38,033 nucleotides of DNA from an uncultured Roseivirgaceae bacterium (GTDB lineage Bacteria > Bacteroidota > Bacteroidia > Cytophagales > Cyclobacteriaceae), in the NCBI GenBank assembly GCA_964507315.1, contig CAZDQR010000001.1, positions 1 through 38,033 of the forward strand. The letters run 5' to 3'. The notes under the pieces were generated by a model. The model was not told the DNA's origin. It saw nothing but the letters and a program-made list of their open reading frames with translations, and made no database searches. The stretch's first letter is position 1. Every line of letters begins with the position of its first letter. A program made the translations under genes and the position numbers. Shown in pieces: positions 23,767-33,627 of the stretch.

Positions 23767-26742
23767 ATGAGAAATAAAAGTGCAATAGTTGTACTAACAG
23801 TAATAGTAACAGCATTATGTCTGTATTATTTATCCTTTACGTTTGTATCTAGGAATATTCAGAAAGAAGCAGTAGCAGCAGCTACAAACGAAGCAGGAAT
23901 TGTTGACCTGACAAAAAAACAAGTGTATTTAGATTCGATATGGAATGAGCCTGTTTATAGCTTGTTTGGTATGGAGTACACATTTAAAGAAATTAAGGAT
24001 ACTGAATTAAACCTCGGCCTTGATTTACAAGGTGGAATGCACGTTGTGCTTGAAGTTTCTCCAGTAGAGCTTATAAAAGGACTAAGTGGAAATAATGAAG
24101 ACCCTGATTTTCTTGCTGCTATTAATATGGCCGTTGAAAAGCAAAAAACAAGTCAGGAGACTTTCAGTGATTTATTTTACGAGTCGTTCAAAGAAATTAA
24201 GCCAGAAGGTAAGCTAAGTACGATTTTTGCAAACGCTGCAAACCGTGGTAAAATCTCTTTCGAAACAACGGATAAAGAGATAATGAACATCATTAATGCA
24301 GAGATTGAAGATGCAATGGATCGTTCATTTAACATTCTTAGAACTCGTATTGATAGATTTGGTACTTCTCAACCAAACATTCAAAGATTACAAGGTACTG
24401 GAAGAATTCAAGTAGAAATTCCAGGAGCAGATAACCCTGCTAGGGTAAGAAAGTTGCTTCAAGGAGCTGCAAAGCTCGAATTTTTTGAAGTTGCTACTCC
24501 TCAAGAATCAGGCAATTTTCTTCAAGCAATAAATGCCTATTTAGTTGCAGAGCAAAAGGCAAGCGCAAAAACAGTAACATTAGATGAAACAGAAGCTCCT
24601 GTAGAAGAAGAAAGTTTACAAGGTTTATTAGGTGATAATGCTGATACTACTTTGCTTGCGAGTGCAGATAGCGCAAACACTGCAGATAAACTTGATTCGT
24701 TGTACAACACACAAGTGTCGCCAATATTTAGCTTGATAACAAGCCAAGAAGGTTTGGTGTATAATGTAAAGGATACTTTTAAAATTAATAGAATTTATAA
24801 GCGTGCTGATGTTAAAGCTCTTATTCCAAGAGGCTTTAAATTAGCTTGGGAAGTGAAAGCTCATGATCATGAAGATTTATCAGCCGAGCCTCATATTGAA
24901 TTGCATATATTAAAAACTGGCCGTGGAGGAAAAGCTCCTTTAGAAGGTGATGTAATTACCGATGCTCGTCAATCGTTAGATCAGGCAACTCGTCCATCTG
25001 TTTCTATGCAAATGAATGCAACAGGAGCTAAAAAGTGGAGAAAGCTTACTGCAGCTAATATTGGAGAGAGTATAGCTATTGTTTTGGATGGGTATGTGTA
25101 TTCAGCACCAAATGTAAATGGAGAAATCGCTCATGGTAATTCAGAAATATCTGGAAATTTTTCAATTGAAGAAGCTAAGGATTTAGCCAATGTGCTTAAA
25201 GCTGGTACGTTACCTGCTCCAACTCGTATTGTGCAAGAAGCTATTATTGGGCCAACTCTTGGTGCAGAAGCACAAATGCAAGGTGTTAACTCTATACTTG
25301 CTGGTTTAGCTTTGGTAGTAATGTTTATGGTGTTTTATTATGCACGTGGAGGCTTTGTAGCAAACTTTGCATTGCTTTTTAACATCTTCTTTATTATGGG
25401 AATATTGGCTCAGCTTAGTGCTGCGTTAACATTGCCTGGTATCGCAGGTATTGTGCTTACCATTGGTATGTCTATTGATGCCAACGTGTTAATCTTTGAA
25501 AGGATTAGAGAGGAACTTAGAAATGGAGTTGCACTGCGAGAAGCAGTTTCTTCAGGGTATAGTAAAGCGTTTAGTTCTATTATAGATTCAAATGTAACTA
25601 CGTTTTTAACGGCTGCAATTCTATATGCTTTAGGCCAGGGGCCAGTAAAAGGATTTGCTATTACCTTAATGATAGGTATTGGTAGTTCATTCTTTTCAGC
25701 TGTATTTATTACACGCGTTGTAGTTGAGCAATGGTTACGTAAAAAAGGTGATGCAAGTAATTTAAACTTCAAAACTAAATTTTCTGCAGGTCTGCTTTCA
25801 AATATGAATGTTGACTTTATGTCAAAAAGAGGAAGAGCATATGTTACTTCTGCAATAATTATTGTTATTGGAATGGTGTTGTTATTTGTAAACGGCCTCA
25901 ATTTAGGAGTTGATTTTCAAGGTGGTAGATCTTACGTTGTAAGTTTTAGCCAGCCTGTATCTGCCTCCGATATTAAAGCGAGTTTAACAACTTCGTTTGA
26001 AGGCGCAGGAACAGAAGTGAAAACTTTTGGAGCAAATAATGTAATTAAAATAACTACAAGTTACCAAGTAACTGACGAGTCGTCTGAAATGGATGAAAAA
26101 GTGCAGAAATTACTGATTGCTGGTTTATCAGAAAATACAGGGCAAATGTTTATTGCCGATGGCTCTAAAGTAGATGAAACCCATTTTTCTATTTTAAGTT
26201 CCGAAAAAGTTGGAGCTACCATTGCCGATGATATTAAGAAGGATTCGATGAAAGCAATGTTGCTTTCCTTGGTTGTAATTTTCTTATATATTGTTGTTCG
26301 ATTTAGAAAATGGCAATTTGGATTGGGAGCAATTGTGGCACTATTCCATGATACCTTAATGGTATTGTCTGCCTTTGCAATTGCTAGCTTATTCGGTTTC
26401 AGTTTCGAAATAGATCAGGTGTTTATAGCTGCAATTCTTACCATTATTGGTTATTCAATAAATGATACAGTAATTGTGTTTGATAGAATTAGAGAAAATA
26501 TAAACCTGCATACTTCATCTAACAGAGAAGATATTTTTAATGCCGCTATTAACAGTACTATGAACCGTACCGTTATTACTTCATTAACTACGTTAGTGGT
26601 TGTGTTGGTATTATTAGTATTTGGTGGTGCCGTACTTAGAGGATTCTCTTTCGCACTTGTAATTGGAGTGTTAGTGGGCACGTATTCCTCTATCTTTATC
26701 GCATCTCCAATTGTATTGGATTTAGATAAAAAAAGCAAATAG
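23767..26742 (+). CDS. secDF: Protein translocase subunit SecDF (fused SecD-SecF)
   Basis: 991 aa. Large periplasmic domain after TM1, then two 6-TM halves. LGLDLQGGMHVVLEV, GPTLGAE, IAGIVLTIGMSIDANVLIFERIREE, GYSINDTVIVFDRIREN. Confidence 0.96.
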   Translation: MRNKSAIVVLTVIVTALCLYYLSFTFVSRNIQKEAVAAATNEAGIVDLTKKQVYLDSIWNEPVYSLFGMEYTFKEIKDTELNLGLDLQGGMHVVLEVSPVELIKGLSGNNEDPDFLAAINMAVEKQKTSQETFSDLFYESFKEIKPEGKLSTIFANAANRGKISFETTDKEIMNIINAEIEDAMDRSFNILRTRIDRFGTSQPNIQRLQGTGRIQVEIPGADNPARVRKLLQGAAKLEFFEVATPQESGNFLQAINAYLVAEQKASAKTVTLDETEAPVEEESLQGLLGDNADTTLLASADSANTADKLDSLYNTQVSPIFSLITSQEGLVYNVKDTFKINRIYKRADVKALIPRGFKLAWEVKAHDHEDLSAEPHIELHILKTGRGGKAPLEGDVITDARQSLDQATRPSVSMQMNATGAKKWRKLTAANIGESIAIVLDGYVYSAPNVNGEIAHGNSEISGNFSIEEAKDLANVLKAGTLPAPTRIVQEAIIGPTLGAEAQMQGVNSILAGLALVVMFMVFYYARGGFVANFALLFNIFFIMGILAQLSAALTLPGIAGIVLTIGMSIDANVLIFERIREELRNGVALREAVSSGYSKAFSSIIDSNVTTFLTAAILYALGQGPVKGFAITLMIGIGSSFFSAVFITRVVVEQWLRKKGDASNLNFKTKFSAGLLSNMNVDFMSKRGRAYVTSAIIIVIGMVLLFVNGLNLGVDFQGGRSYVVSFSQPVSASDIKASLTTSFEGAGTEVKTFGANNVIKITTSYQVTDESSEMDEKVQKLLIAGLSENTGQMFIADGSKVDETHFSILSSEKVGATIADDIKKDSMKAMLLSLVVIFLYIVVRFRKWQFGLGAIVALFHDTLMVLSAFAIASLFGFSFEIDQVFIAAILTIIGYSINDTVIVFDRIRENINLHTSSNREDIFNAAINSTMNRTVITSLTTLVVVLVLLVFGGAVLRGFSFALVIGVLVGTYSSIFIASPIVLDLDKKSK

Positions 26743-26774
26743 GACATCTTAGATAGTTACATATAGGATGCCAG

Positions 26775-26808
26775 AAGAGCCTGTTAATTTTAGCAGGCTC
26801 TTTTTTTG
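26775..26808 (+). terminator. Rho-independent terminator after secDF
   Basis: AAGAGCCTG (26775-26783) pairs with CAGGCTCTT (26794-26802) around a 10-nt loop. T7 run at 26801-26807. Confidence 0.8.
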
Positions 26809-26921
26809 TTCAATTTTTCTGTCTGTTACCGCCATAAAGCAGTGTATTTTTGAAGGATGCATAAGTGCTGTTAATACCCCTCACAAGCCTTTGCTACTTA
26901 ATTTTATAATCAACTATACCT

Positions 26922-27548
26922 ATGAAACAATTATTATTTATTGGACTGTTAAGTTTCTTTACTTTTCAAATTGCTTTTTCACAAGGATTTATATATGCCG
27001 ATAATAGTGTAGAACACCAAACGAAAGTGACTGAATGGCGCAAACAGAAAGATGAAGATTATAAAGTAAAAGAAAAAACAATGTTAACCGAAGAGTTAAT
27101 GAAAGACTTTGAGGCGTTAAAATATTACGATATCGATTATTCTTATAGGATAAGTGGAACGTTAAAAAGATTTAATGATGGGCGAACTTTTAGTATAAAC
27201 ACAACAGGAGGAGATGTGCATGAGTATTTAATTTATGCACAAGTTACTTTTAAACTAAATGGCAAATCTTTAGCATTAGATGTGTATCAAGGGCAAGGAG
27301 CTGCTAAATCAGGTAAAAAGAAAGGAGCTTTATTTATCCCTTTTACTGACTTAACTTCTGGAGATGCAACCTATGGTGGAGGTCGTTATTTAGTGCTAGA
27401 TGTGCCAGAGAACGACATACTTATATTGGATTTTAATATGGCATACAATCCATATTGCTTGTATAATCCAGATCATTCTTGCCCAATTCCTCCTCGCGAA
27501 AATGATTTAAAAGTGAGAGTGGAAGCTGGGGAATTGATGTATCCTTAA
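26922..27548 (+). CDS. DUF1684 domain protein (secreted)
   Basis: 208 aa with signal peptide. C-terminal block DFNMAYNPYCLYNPDHSCPIPPRENDLKVRVEAGE matches the DUF1684 signature as I recall it. Confidence 0.75.
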   Translation: MKQLLFIGLLSFFTFQIAFSQGFIYADNSVEHQTKVTEWRKQKDEDYKVKEKTMLTEELMKDFEALKYYDIDYSYRISGTLKRFNDGRTFSINTTGGDVHEYLIYAQVTFKLNGKSLALDVYQGQGAAKSGKKKGALFIPFTDLTSGDATYGGGRYLVLDVPENDILILDFNMAYNPYCLYNPDHSCPIPPRENDLKVRVEAGELMYP

Positions 27549-27552
27549 TCTT

Positions 27553-27954
27553 ATGAAAAACAGAAACAAAGACACAACTGTTTCGAGACAGAGGAGTGGA
27601 TGGGTTACTGCTTGGTTGGTTATTATGATTACAGCAAATGCATTAACAGCTGTATTATATCTTTTTGCCGGAGATATGGTTGCTCAAAATTTTTCGGGGG
27701 GAATTTCAAATTCAATGTTGATGCTTTTCGCGATATTGGCAATAGGCAACGTGATATATTCAATACTATTATTTAAGTGGAGGAAAATAGGTTTTTGGGG
27801 CATTCTTATTACAAGTTTTGGGGCGTTAATCATTAATCTAAACATTGGATTAGGCATTTGGCAATCATTATTTGGATTGGTAGGAATAACTATCTTATAT
27901 GCTGTGTTGCAGATTAAGAAAGAGGAAATATCTACTTGGAATAACTTAGATTGA
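27553..27954 (+). CDS. Hypothetical 4-TM membrane protein
   Basis: 133 aa with four hydrophobic helices. 4 nt after the DUF1684 gene. No family recognised. Confidence 0.6.
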   Translation: MKNRNKDTTVSRQRSGWVTAWLVIMITANALTAVLYLFAGDMVAQNFSGGISNSMLMLFAILAIGNVIYSILLFKWRKIGFWGILITSFGALIINLNIGLGIWQSLFGLVGITILYAVLQIKKEEISTWNNLD

Positions 27955-27994
27955 GTGGGGGTGCTGAAAAAGTTTCAAGTAATTGAGTTGAACC

Positions 27995-29452
27995 CTACTC
28001 TCTTTTCCAGAAGAATGGAGTAAAGAGGATAAGAACCGTGAACAATTCTAACCTGCCTAAAAGCATTAAAAAGCTTAGCACCCATTTACCAATAACAGGT
28101 ATTTCGCTAAAATTATGTATTGGGCTTACACCGCCTATACCTGGGCCAACATTACCTAAGCTTGTTGCCACAGCACTTAGGGCTGTAGGAAAGTCCAAAC
28201 CAACCCAAGCCATGATTATACTGCCTACAGAAAATATCAGAAAGTATATCATCATAAAAGCAAGTACATGGTAGGTTAACTCTCCTTGAATAGCCTTGCC
28301 ATTGAGCCGAACAGGTATGATTGCATTGGGGTGCAATTGGCGTTTCATTTCTAAAAAGCTGTTCTTAAATAAAACTATATGCCTTACAATTTTAATTCCA
28401 CCAGCTGTACTACCAGCCATTCCCCCAATAAATAGTAAGGCGAAAAATGCCATGGTTATAAGTGGCGACCAAGCAGTGTAATCTTCGGTTACAAAGCCGG
28501 TAGTGGTAACAATAGAAACAACTGAAAAGAGGGTGTCTCTAAAGTTTCGCTCGAAGGTATATTCTGTAAATGAATGTACAAAGCCTGTAATTATTAACGT
28601 GGCCATAACAATAAAGACCAAGTAAACCATAAATTCTTCGTTGTTAAAAACCTTTTTGAATTTGCGCTTTAGTATAAAATAAGTTAATGTAAAGCTTGTG
28701 CCTGCCAAAAACATAAATAGGGTGATTACATAATGAATATAAGCAGAATCGTAGTAGGCAATACTGTTGTTTTTGGTCGAGAAACCTCCGGTAGCCATGG
28801 TAGTAAGGCTATGGTTTAGTGCGTCAAAAAATGGCATATCGCCAAGTGTAAGCAGTATTGTTTCTAAGAGAGTGAGGCCCACATAAATTAGCCATAGTCT
28901 TTTGGCAGTGTCTTTAATACGAGGTTTTAGTTTTTCCGCAGAAATGCCCGGAGCTTCAGCAATAAATAATTGCATACCTCCAATTCCTAAAATGGGCAGG
29001 ATAGCTACAGCCAAAACGATAATTCCCATCCCTCCAATCCATTGGGTTAGGCTCCTCCAAAGTAAGACTCCCTTAGGTAACGATTCAATGTCATTTAAAA
29101 TGGATGCACCTGTGGTCGTAAATCCCGACATCGTTTCAAAAAACGCATCTGTAAAGTTGGGGATAGAGCCACTAAAAAGGTATGGGAGGGTGCCAAATAC
29201 AGACATAATTACCCAGCCAAGCGTTACCACTATATAGCCATCTCTTTTTTTAAGTTCTCGGTTAGTCTTTTTATTTAATAATAACCAAAGAGGCAAACCT
29301 GTAAATATTGTAATGGTGGCAGAGGAGATAATGGGCCATATACTTTCTTTATAATAGATGCTAAAAGGAAGTGAAAAAAGCATTCCTACGCCACTTATTA
29401 CTAATAATAGGCCAAGTATCGAAGAAATTAATTTTACATTAAACCGACTCAT
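27995..29452 (-). CDS. trkH: TrkH-family potassium uptake permease
   Basis: 485 aa, polytopic, with repeated pore-loop motifs (TTTG, ATGG, TTTG, NVGPG). ATGA start/stop overlap with trkA. Confidence 0.92.
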   Translation of the reverse strand: MSRFNVKLISSILGLLLVISGVGMLFSLPFSIYYKESIWPIISSATITIFTGLPLWLLLNKKTNRELKKRDGYIVVTLGWVIMSVFGTLPYLFSGSIPNFTDAFFETMSGFTTTGASILNDIESLPKGVLLWRSLTQWIGGMGIIVLAVAILPILGIGGMQLFIAEAPGISAEKLKPRIKDTAKRLWLIYVGLTLLETILLTLGDMPFFDALNHSLTTMATGGFSTKNNSIAYYDSAYIHYVITLFMFLAGTSFTLTYFILKRKFKKVFNNEEFMVYLVFIVMATLIITGFVHSFTEYTFERNFRDTLFSVVSIVTTTGFVTEDYTAWSPLITMAFFALLFIGGMAGSTAGGIKIVRHIVLFKNSFLEMKRQLHPNAIIPVRLNGKAIQGELTYHVLAFMMIYFLIFSVGSIIMAWVGLDFPTALSAVATSLGNVGPGIGGVSPIHNFSEIPVIGKWVLSFLMLLGRLELFTVLILFTPFFWKRE

Positions 29453-30792
29453 GAAAAATACTCTTCAACTTGCTGAATCGATTCTGGTTTACATAAAACC
29501 ACGGCTCTATCTTTTGGCCTAAACTGAAAATCTCCTTTAGGTATAATTGCTTCTCCTTTTCTAATAACACCTGCAACAATTACAGAATCTGGTAAGTCAA
29601 GCGACCTCAAGGTATCTCTGGTAATTTTAGATTCTACTTTTATTACAAATTCGAGCACTTCTGCATCTACTCCATGAATGGAGGTTAGGTTGATTATATC
29701 ACCTTTACGGATGTATCTAAAAATAAAATTGGCTGCAATTAACTTCTTATTAATCATTGTATCAACACCAATACTTTGCGATAGATGTATGTAATCTACA
29801 TTTTCAACTAAGGCAATGGTCTTTTTTACATTATGATCTTTGGCTACTAAGCTAGAAATTATATTGGTTTCTGAGTTGCCTGTAACCGCAATAAATGCGT
29901 CTGTTTCGTCTATTCCTTCTTCCTGTAGTAAGTCAACGTCTCGGCCATCACCATGTATAACCATTACATTGGGGAGCATATCGGCAAGCTCAAAACATTT
30001 TTTCTTGTCGCTTTCAATCAGTTTTACATTATATTTTTTACTCAACTGCTTGGAGGCATTAATGCCAACCTTGCTGCCTCCTAGTACCATAACGCGTTTT
30101 AAGCCTTGTTTTTTAGCTTTTGTAGAAAGCATAATTACCTTATCAATGGCACTTGGCAATGCAATAAAATAAGCGTGATCGTTTACTTCGAACCTATCGT
30201 GGCCGTGAGGTATTATTGTTTCGTTATTACGAAGTAATGCTACCGTAATAAAACTATTGGTTGGGTCTAATTTAGAAGCCTCAAGAAGTGTTTTTCCGCT
30301 AAATGCACTTTTCTCATTTATAGGTAAACCTATTAGGGATAGTTTTCCACCGTCAAAATCGAAGGAGTCTGTTAATGCGATTTCGCGCAATAGCCGTTTA
30401 ATTTCTCGCCCTGCTAAAGATTCTGGAGAGATTATTTCATCAATTCCCAAATCGTAAAGATCAAGTTTGTCCTTACGAACTAAAAACTCAATATTTGATA
30501 TTCGAGCAATGGTCTTTTTTGCTCCAAGATGTTTTGCAATAATGCAGGTTGAAATATTAGCTTCTTCAGATTCGGTAACGGCAATAAAAAGATCTGCATT
30601 GGTAATGTCTGCTTCTTCCATTACGCTAAACGAGGTGGCATTCCCTTTTACAGTAACTACATCTAATTGTTTAGCTAACTGAGCGAGCTTTTCTTCATGG
30701 AGATCTATAATAGTAATTTCATGATCTTCTAACACGAGTAATTTCGCTAAATGAAACCCTACATCACCGGCACCTGCTATTATTATTTTCAT
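29449..30792 (-). CDS. trkA: Trk system potassium uptake protein TrkA (two RCK modules)
   Basis: 447 aa. Two Rossmann GxGxxG motifs (IIIAGAGDVG, VMVLGGSKVG), each followed by a TrkA-C domain. Confidence 0.93.
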   Translation of the reverse strand: MKIIIAGAGDVGFHLAKLLVLEDHEITIIDLHEEKLAQLAKQLDVVTVKGNATSFSVMEEADITNADLFIAVTESEEANISTCIIAKHLGAKKTIARISNIEFLVRKDKLDLYDLGIDEIISPESLAGREIKRLLREIALTDSFDFDGGKLSLIGLPINEKSAFSGKTLLEASKLDPTNSFITVALLRNNETIIPHGHDRFEVNDHAYFIALPSAIDKVIMLSTKAKKQGLKRVMVLGGSKVGINASKQLSKKYNVKLIESDKKKCFELADMLPNVMVIHGDGRDVDLLQEEGIDETDAFIAVTGNSETNIISSLVAKDHNVKKTIALVENVDYIHLSQSIGVDTMINKKLIAANFIFRYIRKGDIINLTSIHGVDAEVLEFVIKVESKITRDTLRSLDLPDSVIVAGVIRKGEAIIPKGDFQFRPKDRAVVLCKPESIQQVEEYFS

Positions 30793-30799
30793 TTGCTAT

Positions 30800-30842
30800 A
30801 GCTAGCTCCTAAATGCGTTGTTAGAGCCAATTTAAGCTAGCT
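30800..30842 (-). promoter_or_regulatory. Leader inverted repeat in the predicted trkA 5' UTR
   Basis: Two copies of the self-complementary octamer AGCTAGCT (30800-30807, 30835-30842). The stem extends via TAAAT/ATTTA with a 2-nt bulge. The 3' arm ends 7 nt before the trkA ATG. Confidence 0.4.
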
Positions 30843-30858
30843 TTTTAATTTTATTCAA

Positions 30859-30866
30859 CAAATATA
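30859..30866 (-). promoter_or_regulatory. -7 promoter box TATATTTG for trkA-trkH
   Basis: The minus strand reads ctaaTATATTTGttg, about 67 nt upstream of the trkA ATG (30792). Confidence 0.35.
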
Positions 30867-30962
30867 TTAGTAAACAACGGTCTTAAAAAGACTATCATCT
30901 AAGTATTTTAATTAATATGAAAGTTAGGTTTTTTACGTACAAAAAATTGCTATTGCTCTCAA

Positions 30963-30970
30963 TATCTTTG
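30963..30970 (+). promoter_or_regulatory. -7 promoter box TATCTTTG abutting the ATG of the 81-aa gene
   Basis: TATCTTTG ends 4 nt before ATG 30975. The 13-mer AATATCTTTGTGC (30961-30973) is identical to 12852-12864 in the mazG promoter. Confidence 0.4.
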
Positions 30971-30974
30971 TGCT

Positions 30975-31220
30975 ATGATAATTGTAAATAAAATAACGGG
31001 GCTCCAAGAACGAATAGGTTATAAAGACCTTGCAGAAAGGTATTTGGAGTTTTATGGCATATTAAAAGAAGATAACTTTGTGGTTAATTTAATATGTATG
31101 CTAGATGAGTGGGAGGTTAAGGAAGAAATAAAATTTGAACGCCTTATGCCTTCTGACTGGGAGATGATTTTAAAAGCTGTTAAAGTGTTAGACATAGAGC
31201 CTTTAGTGGCAACTAATTAA
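30975..31220 (+). CDS. Hypothetical small acidic protein
   Basis: 81-aa ORF bracketed by a promoter-like box and a strong terminator. No family recognised. Confidence 0.5.
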   Translation: MIIVNKITGLQERIGYKDLAERYLEFYGILKEDNFVVNLICMLDEWEVKEEIKFERLMPSDWEMILKAVKVLDIEPLVATN

Positions 31221-31233
31221 TGCAACTTGATAT

Positions 31234-31280
31234 TCACAAAAAAGCCTTTTGTTCATTGAGAACAAAAGGCTTTTTTGTGA
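31234..31280. terminator. Bidirectional terminator, perfect 21-bp-arm palindrome
   Basis: TCACAAAAAAGCCTTTTGTTC-attga-GAACAAAAGGCTTTTTTGTGA. Lies 14-15 nt from the stops of both convergent genes. Confidence 0.85.
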
Positions 31281-31295
31281 ATAAATTAAAGGAGC

Positions 31296-31916
31296 TTAAA
31301 TAACGCCTTCTAGCACATCTTTAAGTGCAACGCGTTGTCCATCTTTATAAGGTACAATCCACGCATCTTTAACACCCATTTCTCTTAAATGTTTTTTAAA
31401 TGTATCGGCTTCCCAATAATCTCTAAAAAACCCAAGCGTTATTTTTTGTAATCCTTCTTCGTTTTCTCCACTAAACATAGGGTTATTATCGAAAAAGTTG
31501 GCCATATCCTTTTTAGCGAAAGCACCTACTTGCACTTTAAAAACAACGCCATCCATCGACATTGGTGCTGGATTAGCAATGCTTGCTGGTTTGCTGCTTA
31601 ATGCGTTTCTAGCTTCTTGTGCAGAGGCATTTGCTGCGGCTACCTGACTTTTCATACGGGCATTTTCATCCTGTAAATCAGATATACGAGCGTCCTTATC
31701 GCTTAATTTAGACTTAGTTTCGTCTAATTGGCTTTTTGCATTACTCAATTGTCCTTTAAGTGATCCATTTTCTTCTACAAGAATTTTAAATCCTTCAAGG
31801 TCTTTTTTATATGCTTTATATTTAGACTTCCATTCCTTTTTTTCCACTTTAGAAAGTTGAGCAATTGAAGTGAAGCCAAACACTAATAACAACGATACCA
31901 ATACAAGTTTTTTCAT
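31296..31916 (-). CDS. Secreted coiled-coil protein with C-terminal SPOR-like domain
   Basis: 206 aa. Signal peptide MKKLVLVSLLLVFGFTSIAQ, heptad-like central region, C-terminal VVFKVQVGAFAKKD...ITLGFF...GVKDAWIVPYKDGQRV resembling SPOR. Confidence 0.6.
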   Translation of the reverse strand: MKKLVLVSLLLVFGFTSIAQLSKVEKKEWKSKYKAYKKDLEGFKILVEENGSLKGQLSNAKSQLDETKSKLSDKDARISDLQDENARMKSQVAAANASAQEARNALSSKPASIANPAPMSMDGVVFKVQVGAFAKKDMANFFDNNPMFSGENEEGLQKITLGFFRDYWEADTFKKHLREMGVKDAWIVPYKDGQRVALKDVLEGVI

Positions 31917-31996
31917 TTTAGATTAATTCGATTTATATATAAGTAGTAAATATTGCAAAATTTAATTAAACAGCCAAGCTTTAGGAGCACTAGTCA

Positions 31997-33397
31997 TTAA
32001 TCCATTTCACCAATCATCTTACTTGGATCTACCCATTTATCAAAGTCATCAGCTGTTAGGTAACCCAAGTTTAGTGCTTCTTCTTTTAATGTAGTGCCAT
32101 TTTGGTAAGCCGTTTTAGCAATTTTTGCCGCTTTTTCATATCCAATATGCGTATTTAAGGCAGTCACTAACATCAAGGAATTATTTAAGTTTTTTTCTAA
32201 AACTTCATTATTAGGTTCTATTCCAACAGCGCAATTAGTATTAAACGATTGGCAAGCATCTCCAATTAATCGAGCAGAGGTTAATACATTATAGGCCATT
32301 ACTGGCTTAAATACATTTAGTTCATAATGACCTGTCATTCCTCCAGTAGAAACAGCTACATCATTACCAACTACTTGGGCGCATACCATTGTAAGTGCTT
32401 CGGCTTGTGTTGGATTAACCTTACCGGGCATTATAGATGAGCCTGGTTCGTTGGCAGGTATTATTATTTCGCCAATGCCACTTCTTGGCCCTGATGCAAG
32501 CATTCTAATATCGTTTGAAATTTTCATTAGGCTTACTGATAATTGCTTTAATGCACCGTGAGTTTCAACTAATGCATCGTGGGCTGCTAAAGCTTCGAAT
32601 TTATTTTCTGCCGATACAAAAGGTAGTTTTGTGAATTCTGCAATTTTTGCTGCTACATTTATCGCATATCCTTTAGGTGTATTTATACCAGTTCCTACCG
32701 CTGTGCCACCAAGCGCTAATTCAGCCATATGTGGCAACGTATTATTTAATGCTTTTAACCCGTGTGTAAGTTGAGATACGTAGCCAGAAAATTCTTGACC
32801 AAGGGTTAAAGGTGTGGCATCCATTAAATGTGTTCTGCCTATTTTAACTACTTTCATATACTTTTTAGAAAGCATATCGAGCGTATCTCTTAGTGCTTCT
32901 ACTCCAGGAATAGTTGTTTCTGTCACCATTTTATAAATGGCAATATGCATACCCGTTGGAAATGTATCGTTAGAGGACTGTGATTTGTTTACATCATCGT
33001 TTGGATGAACAAATGTAGTTGCATCGCCTAGTTTACCTCCGCTATTTACATGAGCACGGTTGGCTACTACTTCATTCACATTCATATTAGATTGTGTGCC
33101 AGAGCCTGTTTGCCAAATCACCAAAGGAAACTGATCATCAAGTTTTCCTTCTAAAATTTCATCACATACTTGTGCAATGGCATTTCTTTTATCTTCAGCT
33201 AAAACTCCCAATTCGCAATTTGTGTAAGCAGCAGCTTTTTTTAAATAGGCAAATCCTCGGATTATCTCAATTGGCATATGATGATTTAAGCCGCCAATTT
33301 TAAAGTTGTTTCTAGAGCGTTCGGTTTGTGCTCCCCAATATTTATCTGCAGGCACTTTTACTTCGCCCATTGTGTCTTTTTCTATTCTGAAATCCAT
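31997..33397 (-). CDS. fumC: Class II fumarate hydratase
   Basis: 466 aa. [11 protein letters not shown] signature, [29 protein letters not shown]. Confidence 0.97.
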   Translation of the reverse strand: MDFRIEKDTMGEVKVPADKYWGAQTERSRNNFKIGGLNHHMPIEIIRGFAYLKKAAAYTNCELGVLAEDKRNAIAQVCDEILEGKLDDQFPLVIWQTGSGTQSNMNVNEVVANRAHVNSGGKLGDATTFVHPNDDVNKSQSSNDTFPTGMHIAIYKMVTETTIPGVEALRDTLDMLSKKYMKVVKIGRTHLMDATPLTLGQEFSGYVSQLTHGLKALNNTLPHMAELALGGTAVGTGINTPKGYAINVAAKIAEFTKLPFVSAENKFEALAAHDALVETHGALKQLSVSLMKISNDIRMLASGPRSGIGEIIIPANEPGSSIMPGKVNPTQAEALTMVCAQVVGNDVAVSTGGMTGHYELNVFKPVMAYNVLTSARLIGDACQSFNTNCAVGIEPNNEVLEKNLNNSLMLVTALNTHIGYEKAAKIAKTAYQNGTTLKEEALNLGYLTADDFDKWVDPSKMIGEMD

Positions 33398-33431
33398 TTT
33401 TGGAAAGTTTAGATGTTAAAAAATTAGTATT

Positions 33432-33460
33432 GTGCCATATCTCAAAACTAAAAATGGCAC
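33432..33460 (-). promoter_or_regulatory. Inverted repeat at the predicted fumC transcription start
   Basis: GTGCCAT-N15-ATGGCAC, immediately downstream (on the minus strand) of the -7 box. Confidence 0.3.
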
Positions 33461-33463
33461 TAG

Positions 33464-33471
33464 CAAATTTA
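33464..33471 (-). promoter_or_regulatory. -7 promoter box TAAATTTG for fumC
   Basis: The minus strand reads agcTAAATTTGcta, about 67 nt upstream of the fumC ATG (33397). Confidence 0.35.
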
Positions 33472-33601
33472 GCTACAAATCAAGATAAATGATACACTTT
33501 GAACTATTATTAAAGGCCTTGTGTTTGACTAGTAATAACAGATTATTCCAATGTATAAATACCTTATATTATTGGTTTGTAGTTTATTAGGTTAAGTAAT
33601 T

Positions 33602-33627
33602 AAAAGGAGGAGTAGTTACCTCCTTTT
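33602..33627 (-). terminator. Hairpin terminator directly after the SpoU/TrmH gene stop
   Basis: AAAAGGAGG (33602-33610) pairs with CCTCCTTTT (19-27 of the 336xx decade) around an 8-nt loop. Starts 1 nt after the stop codon (33629-33631). The U-tract on the minus strand is short. Confidence 0.5.

Noticed and set aside
26768-27004. 78-aa ORF between secDF and the DUF1684 gene.
   Set aside because: It starts inside the secDF terminator hairpin (26775-26808) and runs out of frame into the signal peptide of the DUF1684 gene. Its composition is not protein-like.
30793-30974. A c-di-AMP (ydaO-class) riboswitch upstream of trkA.
   Set aside because: The predicted leader is only about 60 nt and lacks the size and pseudo-twofold architecture of that class. 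It is reported only as an unclassified leader hairpin.
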